From positions 546,121 to 610,120 of the forward strand of contig CAVRKB010000009.1 of assembly GCA_963721545.1 (NCBI GenBank): a stretch of 64,000 nucleotides of DNA. Direction: 5' to 3'. This document shows, piece by piece, positions 49,579-60,084 of the stretch (position 1 is the stretch's first letter; each line of letters starts with the position of its first letter). A model generated the notes under the pieces. It searched no databases, was not told where the DNA came from, and worked only from the letters and a program-made list of their open reading frames with translations. Position numbers and translations under genes: made by a program. Source of the DNA: an uncultured Chloroflexia bacterium. GTDB taxonomy: Bacteria; Chloroflexota; Limnocylindria; Limnocylindrales; CSP1-4.

Positions 49579-50334
49579 ATGACGCAAGAACACGCTACTG
49601 TCAAGTCGCACGTTTCAGGACGGCGCCGAGCAACGATCGACCCCGCCGAGGCGTTGCGCCTCCAGTTCGCCGAGGCCTGGGGCGAGATGAGCGCGTCGTG
49701 GGGCGTCGCGCCGGCGATCGGGCGCGTCCACGCGTACCTCATGGTCCGGGGCGTGCCGCTGACGGAGCGCGAGGTCCGAGAGGCGCTCGGCCTGTCGCAT
49801 CGGGCCGCGAGCCTCGCCCTGACCGACGCCGAGACCTGGGGGATCGTCGAGCGGGTTCCCGAGCCGCGCCGGGTCGGACGTCGAGGTCCGGCAGGCACCG
49901 CCTACGTCGCGGTCGGCGACCACTGGCAGTGGTTCACGAGCGTCATCGCCGAGCGCAAGGTCCGCGAAGGCGACCCGATCGTCGACGTCATCGAGAAGAC
50001 GACCGCCCAGGCGGTCGAGGCGGCAAAGGATCATCCGAACGATCTCGAGCTGCTGCGCCTCCGCGACTGGCTGACCGCGTTCGCCGCGTTCGTTCGTCTG
50101 TTCGATCGCTCGGTCGGGCTGATCCCCAAGCTCCAGCCGCGCGAGCTGGAGCGTGGGATGCGACTCCTCGGCGAGATCTCCGACGAGACCGTCCTCCGGC
50201 TGGTCCACCTGCTGGGCGGGCTGCCGGACGAGGACGTCCTCGAGCTGGTCGAGGCGCTCAGTCGCCTGTCGCCAGGCGCCGCCCGGCGGGCGACGAAGCT
50301 GATGTCGGGCGTGGTCAGGACCGTCGCCCGCTAG
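49579..50334 (+). CDS. GbsR/MarR-like winged-helix transcriptional regulator, intact
   Basis: Corresponds to ORF 49579..50334. It reads LRLQFAEAWGEMSASWGVAPAIGRVHAYLMVRGVPLTEREVREALGLSHRAASLALTDAETWGIVERVPEPRRVGRRGPAGTAYVAV, followed by a helical C-terminal domain. It is divergent from the two membrane genes with only 26 nt between the ORFs, so the true start may lie further downstream. Confidence 0.65.
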   Translation: MTQEHATVKSHVSGRRRATIDPAEALRLQFAEAWGEMSASWGVAPAIGRVHAYLMVRGVPLTEREVREALGLSHRAASLALTDAETWGIVERVPEPRRVGRRGPAGTAYVAVGDHWQWFTSVIAERKVREGDPIVDVIEKTTAQAVEAAKDHPNDLELLRLRDWLTAFAAFVRLFDRSVGLIPKLQPRELERGMRLLGEISDETVLRLVHLLGGLPDEDVLELVEALSRLSPGAARRATKLMSGVVRTVAR

Positions 50335-50351
50335 ATCGAGCCGGACATGAA

Positions 50352-50381
50352 ACGACCCCCGGGCGGATGCCCAGGGGTCGT
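50352..50381. terminator. Stem-loop between convergent genes
   Basis: ACGACCCC(C)GGGC-GGAT-GCCC(A)GGGGTCGT has 8+4 bp with one internal mismatch. It lies between stops at 50334 (+) and 50403 (-). Confidence 0.5.
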
Positions 50382-50402
50382 CGGCTCAGGCGAAGCCTGG
50401 CG

Positions 50403-51021
50403 CTAGTTGTTCGAGTGGTCGTGCCAGCTGTACGTCGCGAGGATCGCGGAGTCGAAGGTTTGCGATCCGGCGTCGCCGAGATCGATCGAGCCGGTCGCAG
50501 GACGCTCCTTGCCCGCCTGCGTCGAATGGTTGTTGAACTCACCGGGGAGCTTGTAGCTGCCGCTGCCGCGGAACCGAACCGCGCTCCCGACCCCGTCCAC
50601 GTCGGCGCTGAACGCCACGCTGGTCGGCTCGCCGGAGCCGGTGTATTCGCCGGTGCATTCATTCACGGTCTCGGTGTACAGCGTCGAGCGTGCCGCTGAC
50701 CGAGCCGTGGTCGAGGCGCGAGTCGATCGTGATCGCGAGATCGCCGCTCCAGCCGGATGTTCGGCTGCCGACGAACCCGTAGTACTCGCCGGACTCGTCA
50801 CACGGGACCCACTCGCCCGACTCCGTGTAGACCTCGCCCCAGACTCCGCTTTGGGAGTCGGTGGCGAAGTAGGCATATCCGTAGCCTCCGTCGGAGTACC
50901 ACTCGCCATTGATGACCTTGGCCGAGCCGCTGCTGTTGCTGACGTTCGGACCGGCCATCGCCGGAGCCGAGATCGCCAGGGCCAGGAGGCCCGCCATCGG
51001 GATGATCGCCAACTTGCGCAT
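50403..51021 (-). CDS. Secreted hypothetical protein; one frame change near 50690
   Basis: The signal peptide is MRKLAIIPMAGLLALAISAPAMA|GP. The body reads NVSNSSGSAKVINGEWYSDGGYGYAYFATDSQSGVWGEVYTESGEWVPCDESGEYYGFVGSRTSGWSGDLAITIDSRLDHGSVSG. It continues TLYTETVNECTGEYTGSGEPTSVAFSADVDGVGSAVRFRGSGSYKLPGEFNNHSTQAGKERPATGSIDLG...SWHDHSNN*. G+C is lower here: about 60% on the one line I counted. Confidence 0.6.
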
Positions 51022-51304
51022 CGTTCCGTCCCCATCTGCTTCGCGACCTGTGTTCCGCCTGGCAGAGCGGCCGGTCGTGACCCGATGACGCCTTCCGCAG
51101 CTCTGCGTGACTGACCGGACCGTGTCGGAGATTCGACAGGTCCGCGGGCGCAACAACGCAGGCCCTGAAGGCGTCGGGGTCCGATTTCGGATGACTCCAT
51201 GCGATAATCCAAATCGCGCGCGGCGGCTCCGCCGGCTCGAACGGGCGACGACCCCGGGGCCAGCAGGGCGGACGGGCCGGCGCTCAACCCGGAGCCAACA
51301 GCAG

Positions 51305-52193
51305 ATGACCGTCGAAACGTCGACATGGGCGACCAAGAAGGGGCTCGCCCAGATGCTCAAGGGCGGCGTCATCATGGACGTCGTCACGCCTGAGCACGCC
51401 AAGATCGCCGAGGACGCCGGCGCCGTCGCCGTCATGGCCCTCGAGCGCGTTCCGGCCGACATCCGCGCCGCCGGAGGCGTCGCCCGCATGAGCGACCCGG
51501 CGATGATCGAGGGGATCATGAACGCCGTCACGATCCCGGTGATGGCGAAAGCCCGGATCGGCCATTTCGTCGAGGCCCAGGTGCTGGAGGCGCTCGGCGT
51601 CGACTACATCGACGAGTCCGAGGTGCTCACGCCCGCCGACGAGACCAACCACATCGACAAGCACGCCTTCAAGGTCCCGTTCGTGTGCGGCTGCCGCAAC
51701 CTCGGCGAGGCGCTCCGCCGGATCAACGAGGGCGCGGCGATGATCCGGACCAAGGGCGAGGCCGGCACCGGCAACGTCGTCGAGGCCGTCCGCCAGCTGC
51801 GCGACGTGCTGGCCGAGATCCGGCGCCTGCAGTCCATGCGCGAGGACGAGCTGTTCGTCGCGGCGAAGGAGCTCGAGGCGCCGTACGAGCTGGTCAAGGA
51901 CGTCGCAGCAGACGGCAAGCTGCCGGTCGTGAACTTCGTGGCCGGCGGCATCTCGACCCCGTCCGACGCGGCGCTCGTGATGCAGCTCGGCTCCGAGGGC
52001 GTGTTCGTCGGATCGGGGATCTTCAAGAGCGAGGACCCGGCCCGGATGGCGAACGCGATCGTCCAGGCGACGACCCACTTCGACAACCCGTCGATCATCG
52101 CCGAGGTCTCGAAGGGCCTCGGATGCGCCGATGCGAGGGATCTCGATCGAGGCGATCCCCGACGAGGAGCGCCTTGCCGTCAGGGGCTGGTAG
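51305..52193 (+). CDS. pdxS: Pyridoxal 5'-phosphate synthase lyase subunit; one extra base near 52124
   Basis: It reads [65 protein letters not shown]...[32 protein letters not shown]...[38 protein letters not shown]...[34 protein letters not shown]. The corrected end is [25 protein letters not shown]. Confidence 0.95.
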
Positions 52194-52227
52194 CAGCCAC
52201 GACCCCGGGCGTCCAGGGACGACCGAG

Positions 52228-52866
52228 ATGAGGATCGGTGTCCTGGCCTTGCAAGGGGCCTTCCGCGAGCATCTCTCGACGCTCGCCTCGATCGGCGTCG
52301 AAGGCGTTCCGGTGCGCCTGCCGGCCGATCTTGACGACGTCGCCGGCCTGATCATCCCGGGCGGCGAGTAGACGACGATGCGCAAGCTGATCGACCGCTG
52401 GGGCCTGCGCGAGCCGATCCTCGACCTCGCCGCGACCGGTGCCCCGATCTTCGGGACGTGCGCCGGGATGATCGTCCTGGCCCGGGAGATCGCCGGCGGC
52501 GAGGAGCCCGTCCTGCCGCTCATCGACGTGACCGTCGAGCGGAACGCGTTCGGTCGCCAGCTCGACTCGTTCGAGGCGGACCTGTCCGTCCCGGTCCTCG
52601 GCGACCAGCCGGTTCACGGCGTGTTCATCCGGGCCCCGATCATCGACCGGACGGGCCCCGACGTGGACATCCTCGCCCGGCTCGATGACGGCCGGATCGT
52701 CGCCGTCCGCGAGCGGAACGTGATCGCCACCGCGTTCCACCCGGAGCTGGCCGGCGAGACTCGCTTCCATCGCCTCGTCGCGACGATGGCGGCCGAGCAC
52801 GACGATCCCGGCGAGGGCTCCGGTCGGCGCCGCCACCCGACGCGACGCTCGAGGAGCGGCTTCATG
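52228..52866 (+). CDS. pdxT: Pyridoxal 5'-phosphate synthase glutaminase subunit, interrupted by an in-frame TAG at 52369-52371
   Basis: It reads [47 protein letters not shown]-[TAG][40 protein letters not shown]...[21 protein letters not shown]...[11 protein letters not shown]...[15 protein letters not shown]. Both halves are in the same frame. The TAG occupies the position of the conserved Ser in GGESTT. The 3' end is approximate. Confidence 0.9.
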
Positions 52867-53936
52867 ACCGAGGCCCGCGCTCCGAAGCTCGTCGGCAAGG
52901 TCCGCGTCGCCCGCCTGACGGACCTCGCCGCGCTCGGCGAGCTGTCGCGCCTCTGCCAGGACGCCGAGGCGGCGACCCGCTCGCTGGGCCTGCCGGTCAG
53001 CGGCCCGCCGATCGGCGTGTTCAGCCTGTTCCGCCTGCCGCTCGGGGCGTTCCGGCCCCACGACCTGATGTTCGTCTACGAGTCCGAGGGCCGCCTCTCG
53101 GGCCTGATCCGCGTCGAGCGCGAGTCGTTCCGCGACGAGTGGACGATCGTCGAGCTGGACGGGATCGGCTCGTCCGATGCCGGCGACATCCGGTTCCGGC
53201 TCGTCCAGCAGCTCGTCCGCGAGGCATCGAAGCGCGGCGCCGTGCGGCTCCACGTCGCCTGCGCCGACCAGGACGGCAACGTCGAGCTGTTCATGCAGGC
53301 GGGCTTCATGCGCTACGGCGAGGAGATCGTCCTGTACCGCTCGTCGCGACCGCTCGCTGCCGAAGCCGTGGACGGACGAGCCGCGCTCGCGACTGCGGGA
53401 TCCGGGCCGCCGGCCCGGTGGACGCCGTGGCGCTCCTTCGCCTGTACGCGCACGTCGACGCCGCAGCCGATCCAGCGCCTCGAGGCGATCCGGCTCGCCG
53501 ACTGGGAGCGGCAGGGCGCGAACTGGCGGATCCCGCGCAGCAGCCTCGCCCCGATCCTCCGCTTCGCCGACGTCGAGGCGTTCGTCCAGGAGGCGCCGGG
53601 CGGCGGCAAGGACGGCACGCAGCTCGACGCGTTCGCCCAGATCGGCGTCGCGAAGGAGGACCAGCCGCACTACCTCAAGGTCATGGCCCGGCCCGGCGGC
53701 GACGTCGGCCGACCTCGCCGACTACGCGCTCGGGGCCATCGCGGCCCGGACGGGCCGCGGCTCGGGCCATCGCTCCGACCAGGGCGTCCTCGCCCCCGTC
53801 CGGACCTACGAATCGCCCATCGACCGCCGACTCGAGGAGGCGGGGTTCGATACGATCGCCACGTGTCACGCTGCTCATGAAGGAAACCGTCGTCCGCGTC
53901 GCCGAGCCGGCTCTCGTGCCGGCGGGCGTCCGCTAG
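52864..53936 (+). CDS. GNAT-family N-acetyltransferase-like protein (two-domain); frame-disrupted
   Basis: It begins [30 protein letters not shown]...MFVYESEGRLSGLIRVERESFRDEWTIVELDGIGSSDAGDIRFRLVQQLVREASKRGAVRLHVACADQDGNVELFMQAGFMRYGEEIVLYR. The second half reads VDAVALLRLYAHV/TPQPIQRLEAIRLADWERQG...AFAQIGVAKEDQPHYLKVMARPGGDV.../LAPVRTYESPIDRRLEEAGFDTIATVTLLMKETVVRV. Confidence 0.65.
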
Positions 53937-53947
53937 GGAGGGCCGGC

Positions 53948-56038
53948 GTGGGATCAGACAACCGTCGCCGTGAGTCGATCGACGACCTCGACGCCCTGCT
54001 GTCGTCGCTGCCGCCGGAGATCGTCGCCGCCGTCCACGCGCTCCCGAACAAGGAAGACGTGATCGAGGTCGTGCTCGACCTCGGCCGGCGACCGGAGGCG
54101 CGGTTCCCGGACAGCGAGGTGATGCTCCTCGATCGCGAGATCACCGAGGCGGACATCGCCCACGTCGTCGAGCACATCGGCTCGTTCGGCGACGACAACC
54201 GGGCCGGGCATCGAGCGGACGCTCCACCGGATCAGCGCGATCCGCAACCGGACCGGCAAGATCGTCGGGCTGACCTGCCGCATCGGGCGGGCCGTCTACG
54301 GGACGATCGAGATCATCGGCGACTTCGTCGAGAGCGGGAAGTCGATCCTGATCATGGGCCGGCCGGGCATCGGCAAGACGACGATGCTCCGCGAGGCCGC
54401 CCGCGTCCTCGCCGACGACCTCGGCAAGCGCGTCGTCGTCGTCGACACCTCCAACGAGATCGCCGGCGACGGCGACATCCCCCACCCGGCGATCGGCAAG
54501 GCCCGCCGGATGCAGGTCCGGACGCCGTCGCTCCAGCACGAGGTGATGATCGAGGCGGTCGAGAACCACATGCCGCAGGTCATCGTCATCGACGAGATCG
54601 GCACGGAGCTGGAGGCCCAGGCCGCCCGAACGATCGCCGAGCGCGGCGTCCAGCTGATCGGCACGGCGCACGGCAACAACCTCGACAACCTGATGCTCAA
54701 CCCGACGCTGTCCGACCTGATCGGCGGGATCCAGTCGCGTCACGCTCGGCGACGAGGAGGCCCGCCGGCGGCGGACGCAGAAGAGCGTCCTCGAGCGGAA
54801 GGCGCCGCCGACGTTCGACGTGATCATCGAGATCCAGGACCGCGAGCGGGTCACGGTCCACGCCGACGTCGCCGACACGGTCGACTCGATGCTCCGCGGC
54901 GACCAGGTCGCGCCGGAGCTCCGCTGGCGTGACGAGGAAGGCGTCCACCGCTCGCAGGCGCGGCCGCGGCCGTCGCCCCGCGAGCAGATCGGCGCGGAGC
55001 GGTTCGCGGGCCTCGTCGGCACCGGCCAGCCGTGGCGGATGGAGCCCGGCTGGCGCGGCGACGGCAGCTACCGCAGCGGCGGGTACCGCGACGTCGAACG
55101 CGGCGGCTCGCTCCGGAGCGGCTACCGGCCCGGAGCCAGCGGCGGCTGGCGCCAGACGCGTGGCGGGCCGCCCCGCGAGGGAACGCCGCGCGGCTCGCTC
55201 GGCGGGGTGGAGTCGGCCGAGGCCGGCACGCCGCGGTTCGCCGTCGCCGCCGCTCAGCGCGCGCCTGCCGGGATCGCCCGAGGACGCCCCCTTCGTCGCC
55301 GGTGAGATCGCCGATCGCGGCCCGCTCGAGCGCGGCGCCGGCCCGGTCGTCGACACGCCCGTCCGCGAGCAGCGCGAGCTCGAGCGGCAGAGGGCCTGGC
55401 GCGACCAGGCGACGAAGGCGCTCACCGCGCTCGCGCCGACGAGGGCACGGGGCCGGTCAACGCCGACGAGCTCGAGGACGACGACGACGACCTGACGAGC
55501 GCGCCGATCGGGATCGAGGAAGGGCGAGCACGGCCAGGGCGTCCTGACGCCGGGCGGGTCGCCGCTGCCGACGCTCCGGATCCTGCCCCAGGGGATCAGC
55601 CGCAAGCGCCTCGAGCAGGCGATCCGCGATCTCCAGCTGCCGGTCGTCATCGCCCGCGAGGTCGACGACGCCGACGTCGTCATGACGCTCCGCAACGAGT
55701 ACAAGCAGAAGACGCCGATGCTCCGCGAGGCCGAGGAGCGGGCCCTCCCGATCTACGTCCTCAAGTCGAACACCGTGCCCCAGATGCAGTCGAGCCTGAC
55801 CTCGATCTTCTCGCTCGAGATCGACCCGCGCGAGGCCGCGATGCGCGAGACCGAGGAGGCGATCGGGATCGTCCTGAACAACTCCGAGCCGGTCGAGCTG
55901 TCGCCCCAGAACGCCTACATCCGGCGGCTCCAGCACCAGATGGCGGAGCGGGCCAACATCGTGTCGCGGTCGCGCGGCCGCGAGCCCTATCGCCGCGTGC
56001 GGCTCTATCCCGACACGGCCCGGAGCGCCTGGCGATGA
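53948..56038 (+). CDS. AAA/P-loop ATPase with C-terminal R3H domain (SpoIIIAA/Ycf45-like); heavily frame-disrupted
   Basis: It begins [77 protein letters not shown]. The P-loop region reads [59 protein letters not shown]...[44 protein letters not shown]. The C-terminal part reads [22 protein letters not shown]...[40 protein letters not shown], which is the R3H domain. Confidence 0.75.
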
Positions 56039-56775
56039 GCCAACCGCCCTCGTGGCGGGATGACGAGCCGGCACCGGCCGCCCCGACCGGCGCGACGCTG
56101 TCGACCGACTCGACCCGCCGGATCGCCAACGCGCTCGTCTACTACGGCGTCGCCGGGCTCATCCTCGCCGCGATCGGCTTCCTCATCCTGCTCGTCGCGG
56201 CCTGGCGGCTGAACGGGGTCACCGACCGGGTCGAGGTGGCCGCCGACCGCATGCTGGCGACGCTCGACCGAACGGCCGACCTCCTCGACGCCGCGGTCGT
56301 GACCGTGGACGACGTCGCATCGACGCTCGACGCCGCGGACCCGATGCTCGAGCGGGTCGCGGGCTCCCTCACGACGACCGTCGCAAGCCTGCGCGGCCTC
56401 CAGCAGGCTGCCGGGTCCGTGTCGATCCTGGGGGCGCAGCCGCTCGGCGGACTTGCCAACCGCTTCGGCGAGGTGGCCGACTCGCTCGACGGCCTCGACG
56501 TGGAGCTCGCGACGTTCGCCGACGACCTTGCCTCCGACGCCGAATCGCTGCGCCTGAATGCCGAGTCGCTGGCCGCGCTCGGGGGCGAGCTCCACCGGCT
56601 GCACAGCGAGCTCGGGGAAGGGCTGATCTCGGACACGTTCGGCGCGATGCGGTTCCTGTTCGTCGCGCTCCTGACGTTCCTGATCGCGGTCGCGGCGCTG
56701 CCGGCAACGGCGGCGCTCTGGATCGGCCGGCGGATGCGGTCGGAGCTGGCGGTAGCGGCGGCGGTCGCGCCCTAG
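56035..56775 (+). CDS. Hypothetical membrane protein with long helical (coiled-coil-like) ectodomain, 246 aa, intact
   Basis: Corresponds to ORF 56035..56775. The TM helices are ALVYYGVAGLILAAIGFLILLVAAW and FLFVALLTFLIAVAALPATAALWIG. They flank an Ala/Leu/Asp-rich helical region. The ATG overlaps the upstream TGA (ATGA). Confidence 0.6.
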   Translation: MSQPPSWRDDEPAPAAPTGATLSTDSTRRIANALVYYGVAGLILAAIGFLILLVAAWRLNGVTDRVEVAADRMLATLDRTADLLDAAVVTVDDVASTLDAADPMLERVAGSLTTTVASLRGLQQAAGSVSILGAQPLGGLANRFGEVADSLDGLDVELATFADDLASDAESLRLNAESLAALGGELHRLHSELGEGLISDTFGAMRFLFVALLTFLIAVAALPATAALWIGRRMRSELAVAAAVAP

Positions 56776-56816
56776 CCTGCGATCGGTGCCCAGGCCGGCG
56801 CAGGACGGCGTCGGCT

Positions 56817-57783
56817 TCAGCGGCGATCTCGGCTGACGATGTCCGCCGCAGGGCGGACCTCGCGAACAAGCCCGACGGACTGGCCGGACCACATGGGCAT
56901 CGCTTCGAGGTCGCCAGCGACACCAACGCGCGGTGAGGTCGAGTCGTAGCGAAGGATGGGCTCTCCATCCGCACTCCCGAGGACATCGCCTTCGCCCGGG
57001 CGGGCACCCGTACGCGGCCGTCCGGCGGCCTCCCAGGCCTGCGTCGTCGAGTTTCGGAGCGCCCGATGCGGCGCGTTCGCCCAGCCGCCGTCGAACAGCG
57101 AGGAGTGCAACGTGTCGGTCTCCGTGGACTGGGCAAGGCGGTCGCGATACGCGGGTAGCGACGTGGCCTCCTCGCTCATGACGAAGCGCGTCCCCAACCA
57201 TGCCGCGGAGGCTCCAAGCGCGAGCACCGCCGCCAGTCCGCGACCGTCGGCGATCCCGCCGGCGGCGATCACCGGGGTGGGCGCCACGGCGTCCACCACC
57301 GACGGGACGAGCGGCAGCGTCGCGACGTCGCCCCAGACGTGACCGCCGGCCTCCCAGCCCTGGGCAACGACGACGTCGAGGCCCGCGTCGACGGCGCGTC
57401 GTGCCTCCGCGGCACTCCCGACCGTCAGCGCCGCGACGGCACCGGCGCGATGAACCTCATCGAGGTAGGGCCCGGGATCGCCCCAGACGAACGACACGAG
57501 CGCGACACCGGCATCGAGGGCTGCCGTCAGTCGCTCGTGCTGGGGCCACTCGAGGACGAGGTTGACGCCGAACGGCCGATCCGTGAGCGCGCGGGTCTCC
57601 TCGACAACCCGGCGGACATCCTGTCGATTCCGTCCAGGTGAGAGCGAGCATGCCGAGGCCGCCCGCGTTCGAGACCGCAGATGCAAGCCGCGGGTTCGTG
57701 AGATTCCCGATCGGCGCCTGGACGATGGGAAGGTCGATGCCAAGCATCCGAGTGAATGCCGTCTCCAATCGAGGTCTACCCAT
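56817..57783 (-). CDS. Nitronate monooxygenase (NMO / 2-nitropropane dioxygenase family); about one frame change near 57640
   Basis: It reads MLGIDLPIVQAPIGNLTNPRLASAVSNAGGLGMLALTW. It continues ...RPFGVNLVLEWPQHERL...VVAQGWEAGGHVWGDVATLPLVPSVVDAVAPTPVIAAGGIADGRGLAAVLALGASAAWLGTRFVMSEEA. Confidence 0.85.
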
Positions 57784-58231
57784 GCGCGGCGTCGGCCAGC
57801 GCGCCGCGGTCGAACCAGATCCGCTCCCCGGAGAACCGCTCCGTGGCGGCGTCCCACGGGAACAGGATCAGGACCTGCAGCGCGACCGGCAGCCCGGTCG
57901 GGGCGGCGCCCGCCCACGGCCCGAGGTTCGTGCCGGTCAGCGTCGCGACCTCGAACACGCCCTGCGGCCCGACGACGATGTCGGTCAGGGCGAAGGCGTT
58001 GTCCGGAAACGCCCCGAACAGCTCCGTGTAGAAGCCGCGTGCGCCGTCGTGGCCCTCCCAGCGCTGCCCGGTGGGGACGATCTCGTACACACAGTCCGGG
58101 CTGAGCGTCGCGATCAGGCCATCGATGTCGCGACGGTCCTCGGCGATCGAATGGCGGACCCACAGCCGCTTGATCCGGCGGAGCTCCGCGGTGTCGAACG
58201 GCCGGGCGAGGCGCTGCTGGATCGTTTCCAT
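57776..58231 (-). CDS. SnoaL-like (NTF2-fold, ester-cyclase-like) protein, intact
   Basis: This is the inner Met of ORF 57776..58438. It reads METIQQRLARPFDTAELRRIKRLWVRHSIAEDRRDIDGLIATLSPDCVYEIVPTGQRWEGHDGARGFYTELFGAFPDNAFALTDIVVGPQGVFEVATLTGTNLGPW. Confidence 0.7.
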   Translation of the reverse strand: METIQQRLARPFDTAELRRIKRLWVRHSIAEDRRDIDGLIATLSPDCVYEIVPTGQRWEGHDGARGFYTELFGAFPDNAFALTDIVVGPQGVFEVATLTGTNLGPWAGAAPTGLPVALQVLILFPWDAATERFSGERIWFDRGALADAAHG

Positions 58232-58232
58232 C

Positions 58233-58688
58233 TCAGTCGCCGAACGTGATCTCGCCGGTCCGGACGTCATACGTCGCGGCCCGCGGCAGGTCGGCCTCCG
58301 TGCCCGGCGCCGGATTCCGTTCCAGATACCGCAGCCAGACCTTCGTCGTCGCGAAGACGGCCTCGAGCGGCAGCGGCTCGGCACCGGGGTTTTCGAGCCC
58401 GTGCGGGACACCGGCCGGAATGAACACGACGGCGCCATCGCTCACGTCCCGCTCCTCGTCGCCGAGGCGATAGCGACCGCGGCCGTGGACGAAGACCACC
58501 TCGTCGTCGCGGTGCACGTGGAGCGGGATGCGATCGCCCGGCGCGATCCGCTCGGTGATGACCACGAGCCCGTCGACTCGTCCCTCGGCGCCGCCGGGGT
58601 CGGCCACGACCGCCCATCGGGTCTCCGGCCGGTGATCGTCCGGGTCGCCGACCATCGCCTCCAGGGTGTAGCCGTCGACGATCGACAC
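58233..58688 (-). CDS. Cupin-domain protein, intact
   Basis: Lies in ORF 58233..58772. It reads VITERIAPGDRIPLHVHRDDEVVFVHGRGRYRLGDEERDVSDGAVVFIPAGVPHGLENPG, which covers both cupin motifs. The GTG at 58688 is chosen to avoid overlapping the pmbA-like gene. Confidence 0.75.
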   Translation of the reverse strand: MSIVDGYTLEAMVGDPDDHRPETRWAVVADPGGAEGRVDGLVVITERIAPGDRIPLHVHRDDEVVFVHGRGRYRLGDEERDVSDGAVVFIPAGVPHGLENPGAEPLPLEAVFATTKVWLRYLERNPAPGTEADLPRAATYDVRTGEITFGD

Positions 58689-58707
58689 GGCACGCTCCGC
58701 TGCGGGA

Positions 58708-60077
58708 TCAGTGCTCCGTGGCGCCCGTGAAGTTCCAGCTGTCGACGCGGATCGCGGGGACGAGGACGCCACCGAAGTCGCCCTTCAGTGTGCGCCGTTC
58801 GCGGCTCACGAGGCTCGTCGCCTGGAGCGCCTCGAGATAGCTCTGGGTGAAGCGGAGATTGCGGACCGGCCCGACGATCCGGCCGCCCTCGACGTAGAAC
58901 GTCCCGTCGCGGGTCATGCCGGTCACGATCGCGAGCTTCGGGTGGACCGGGTTCGTGTAGTGGAAGCGGGTCACGAGCAGGCCGCGCTCCATCGTGCCCG
59001 ACGAGCTGGTCGCGGGGCGTCGTCGCCGCCGGACATCGCCATGTTGAGCGGGAACGGACCGTACGGGTTCGGGGCCGGGAGGCCGTGCCCGGTCGAGCTG
59101 CGGCCGGCGCGGGCCGCCGTCTGGGCGTCGAAGACGACGTCGCGGCAGACGCCCTCCTCGATCAGCGAGACGCGCTGCTTCGCGACGCCCTCGTAGTCGA
59201 ACGCCATCGGCAGGGTCGCCGGGTCCGTCCCGTCGTCGACGATCGTGACGAGACTCGCTGCCGACGCGCCGTCCCGGCTCCGCGAACGACCGCTCCTCCT
59301 GGACCGCGAGGGCGCTGAAGCCCATGAAGCCGAGCATCGAGAGGATGTCGACGACGGCGTACTCCTCGAGGACGACCGGCCACTCGCCGGGATCGACCGC
59401 CACAGGGTTGCCGGTGGCGCGGGCCTTCTCGGCCGCCTGCCGGCCGACCTCGGCCGCGTCGATGCCGGTCACGTCGACGGCCGCCGCTTCCGCGTAGCCG
59501 GAGCCGCCGTCGGGGGCCATCGCGACGGTCAGGAGCTGCGACGACGGTTCGCTGCTGCGAGGCGCGGATCCCCTTCGAGTTGGCGATGCCGAGCGTCTCG
59601 GTCGCGGTCGAGAACGAGCCGTACGAGGCGACGCCCGCCGTGTCGGCCGCGGCGATCACGGCGCGGACGCCGTCGGCCCGGAGCTCGGGCGTCGCGTCGG
59701 CGGTCGTCGGCGGCGTAGCCCTGCGGCACCGGCCGGATCTCGGTCGGCTCGGGCAGGCCGCCCCAGTCCTCGAGCTCTTCCGAGTTGCGGGCGATCGCGG
59801 CCGCGCGCTCCGCGAGGAGCCGGAGGCCCTCGTCGTCGGAGCGGTTGGTCGAGGCGACCCCGACCCGCTTGCCGACGACGAACCGGAGGTTGACCTGGAG
59901 GTTCGACTCGGCGACGTTCTGGTGGATCTCGCTGTTCGCGAAGCGGGTCAGGCTGCCGTCGTCGGCCATCGCCATGACCTCGACCTCGGTCGGCGACTCG
60001 TGCTCGGCGAATTGCAGGACCTGCTCGGCGAGCGCCAGCACGTCCGCCGGCGTCCGGCCGTTCTGCCCGTCGCTCAC
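58708..60077 (-). CDS. pmbA: TldD/PmbA-family metalloprotease modulator (PmbA-like); frame-disrupted
   Basis: The N-terminal part reads VLALAEQVLQFAEHESPTEVEVMAMADDGSLTRFANSEIHQNVAESNLQVNLRFVVGKRVGVASTN. The C-terminal part reads GLLVTRFHYTNPVHPKLAIVTGMTRDGTFYVEGGRIVGPVRNLRFTQSYLEALQATSLVSRE...VPAIRVDSWNFTG. It lies directly downstream of tldD. Confidence 0.85.
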
Positions 60078-60084
60078 GTCTCGC

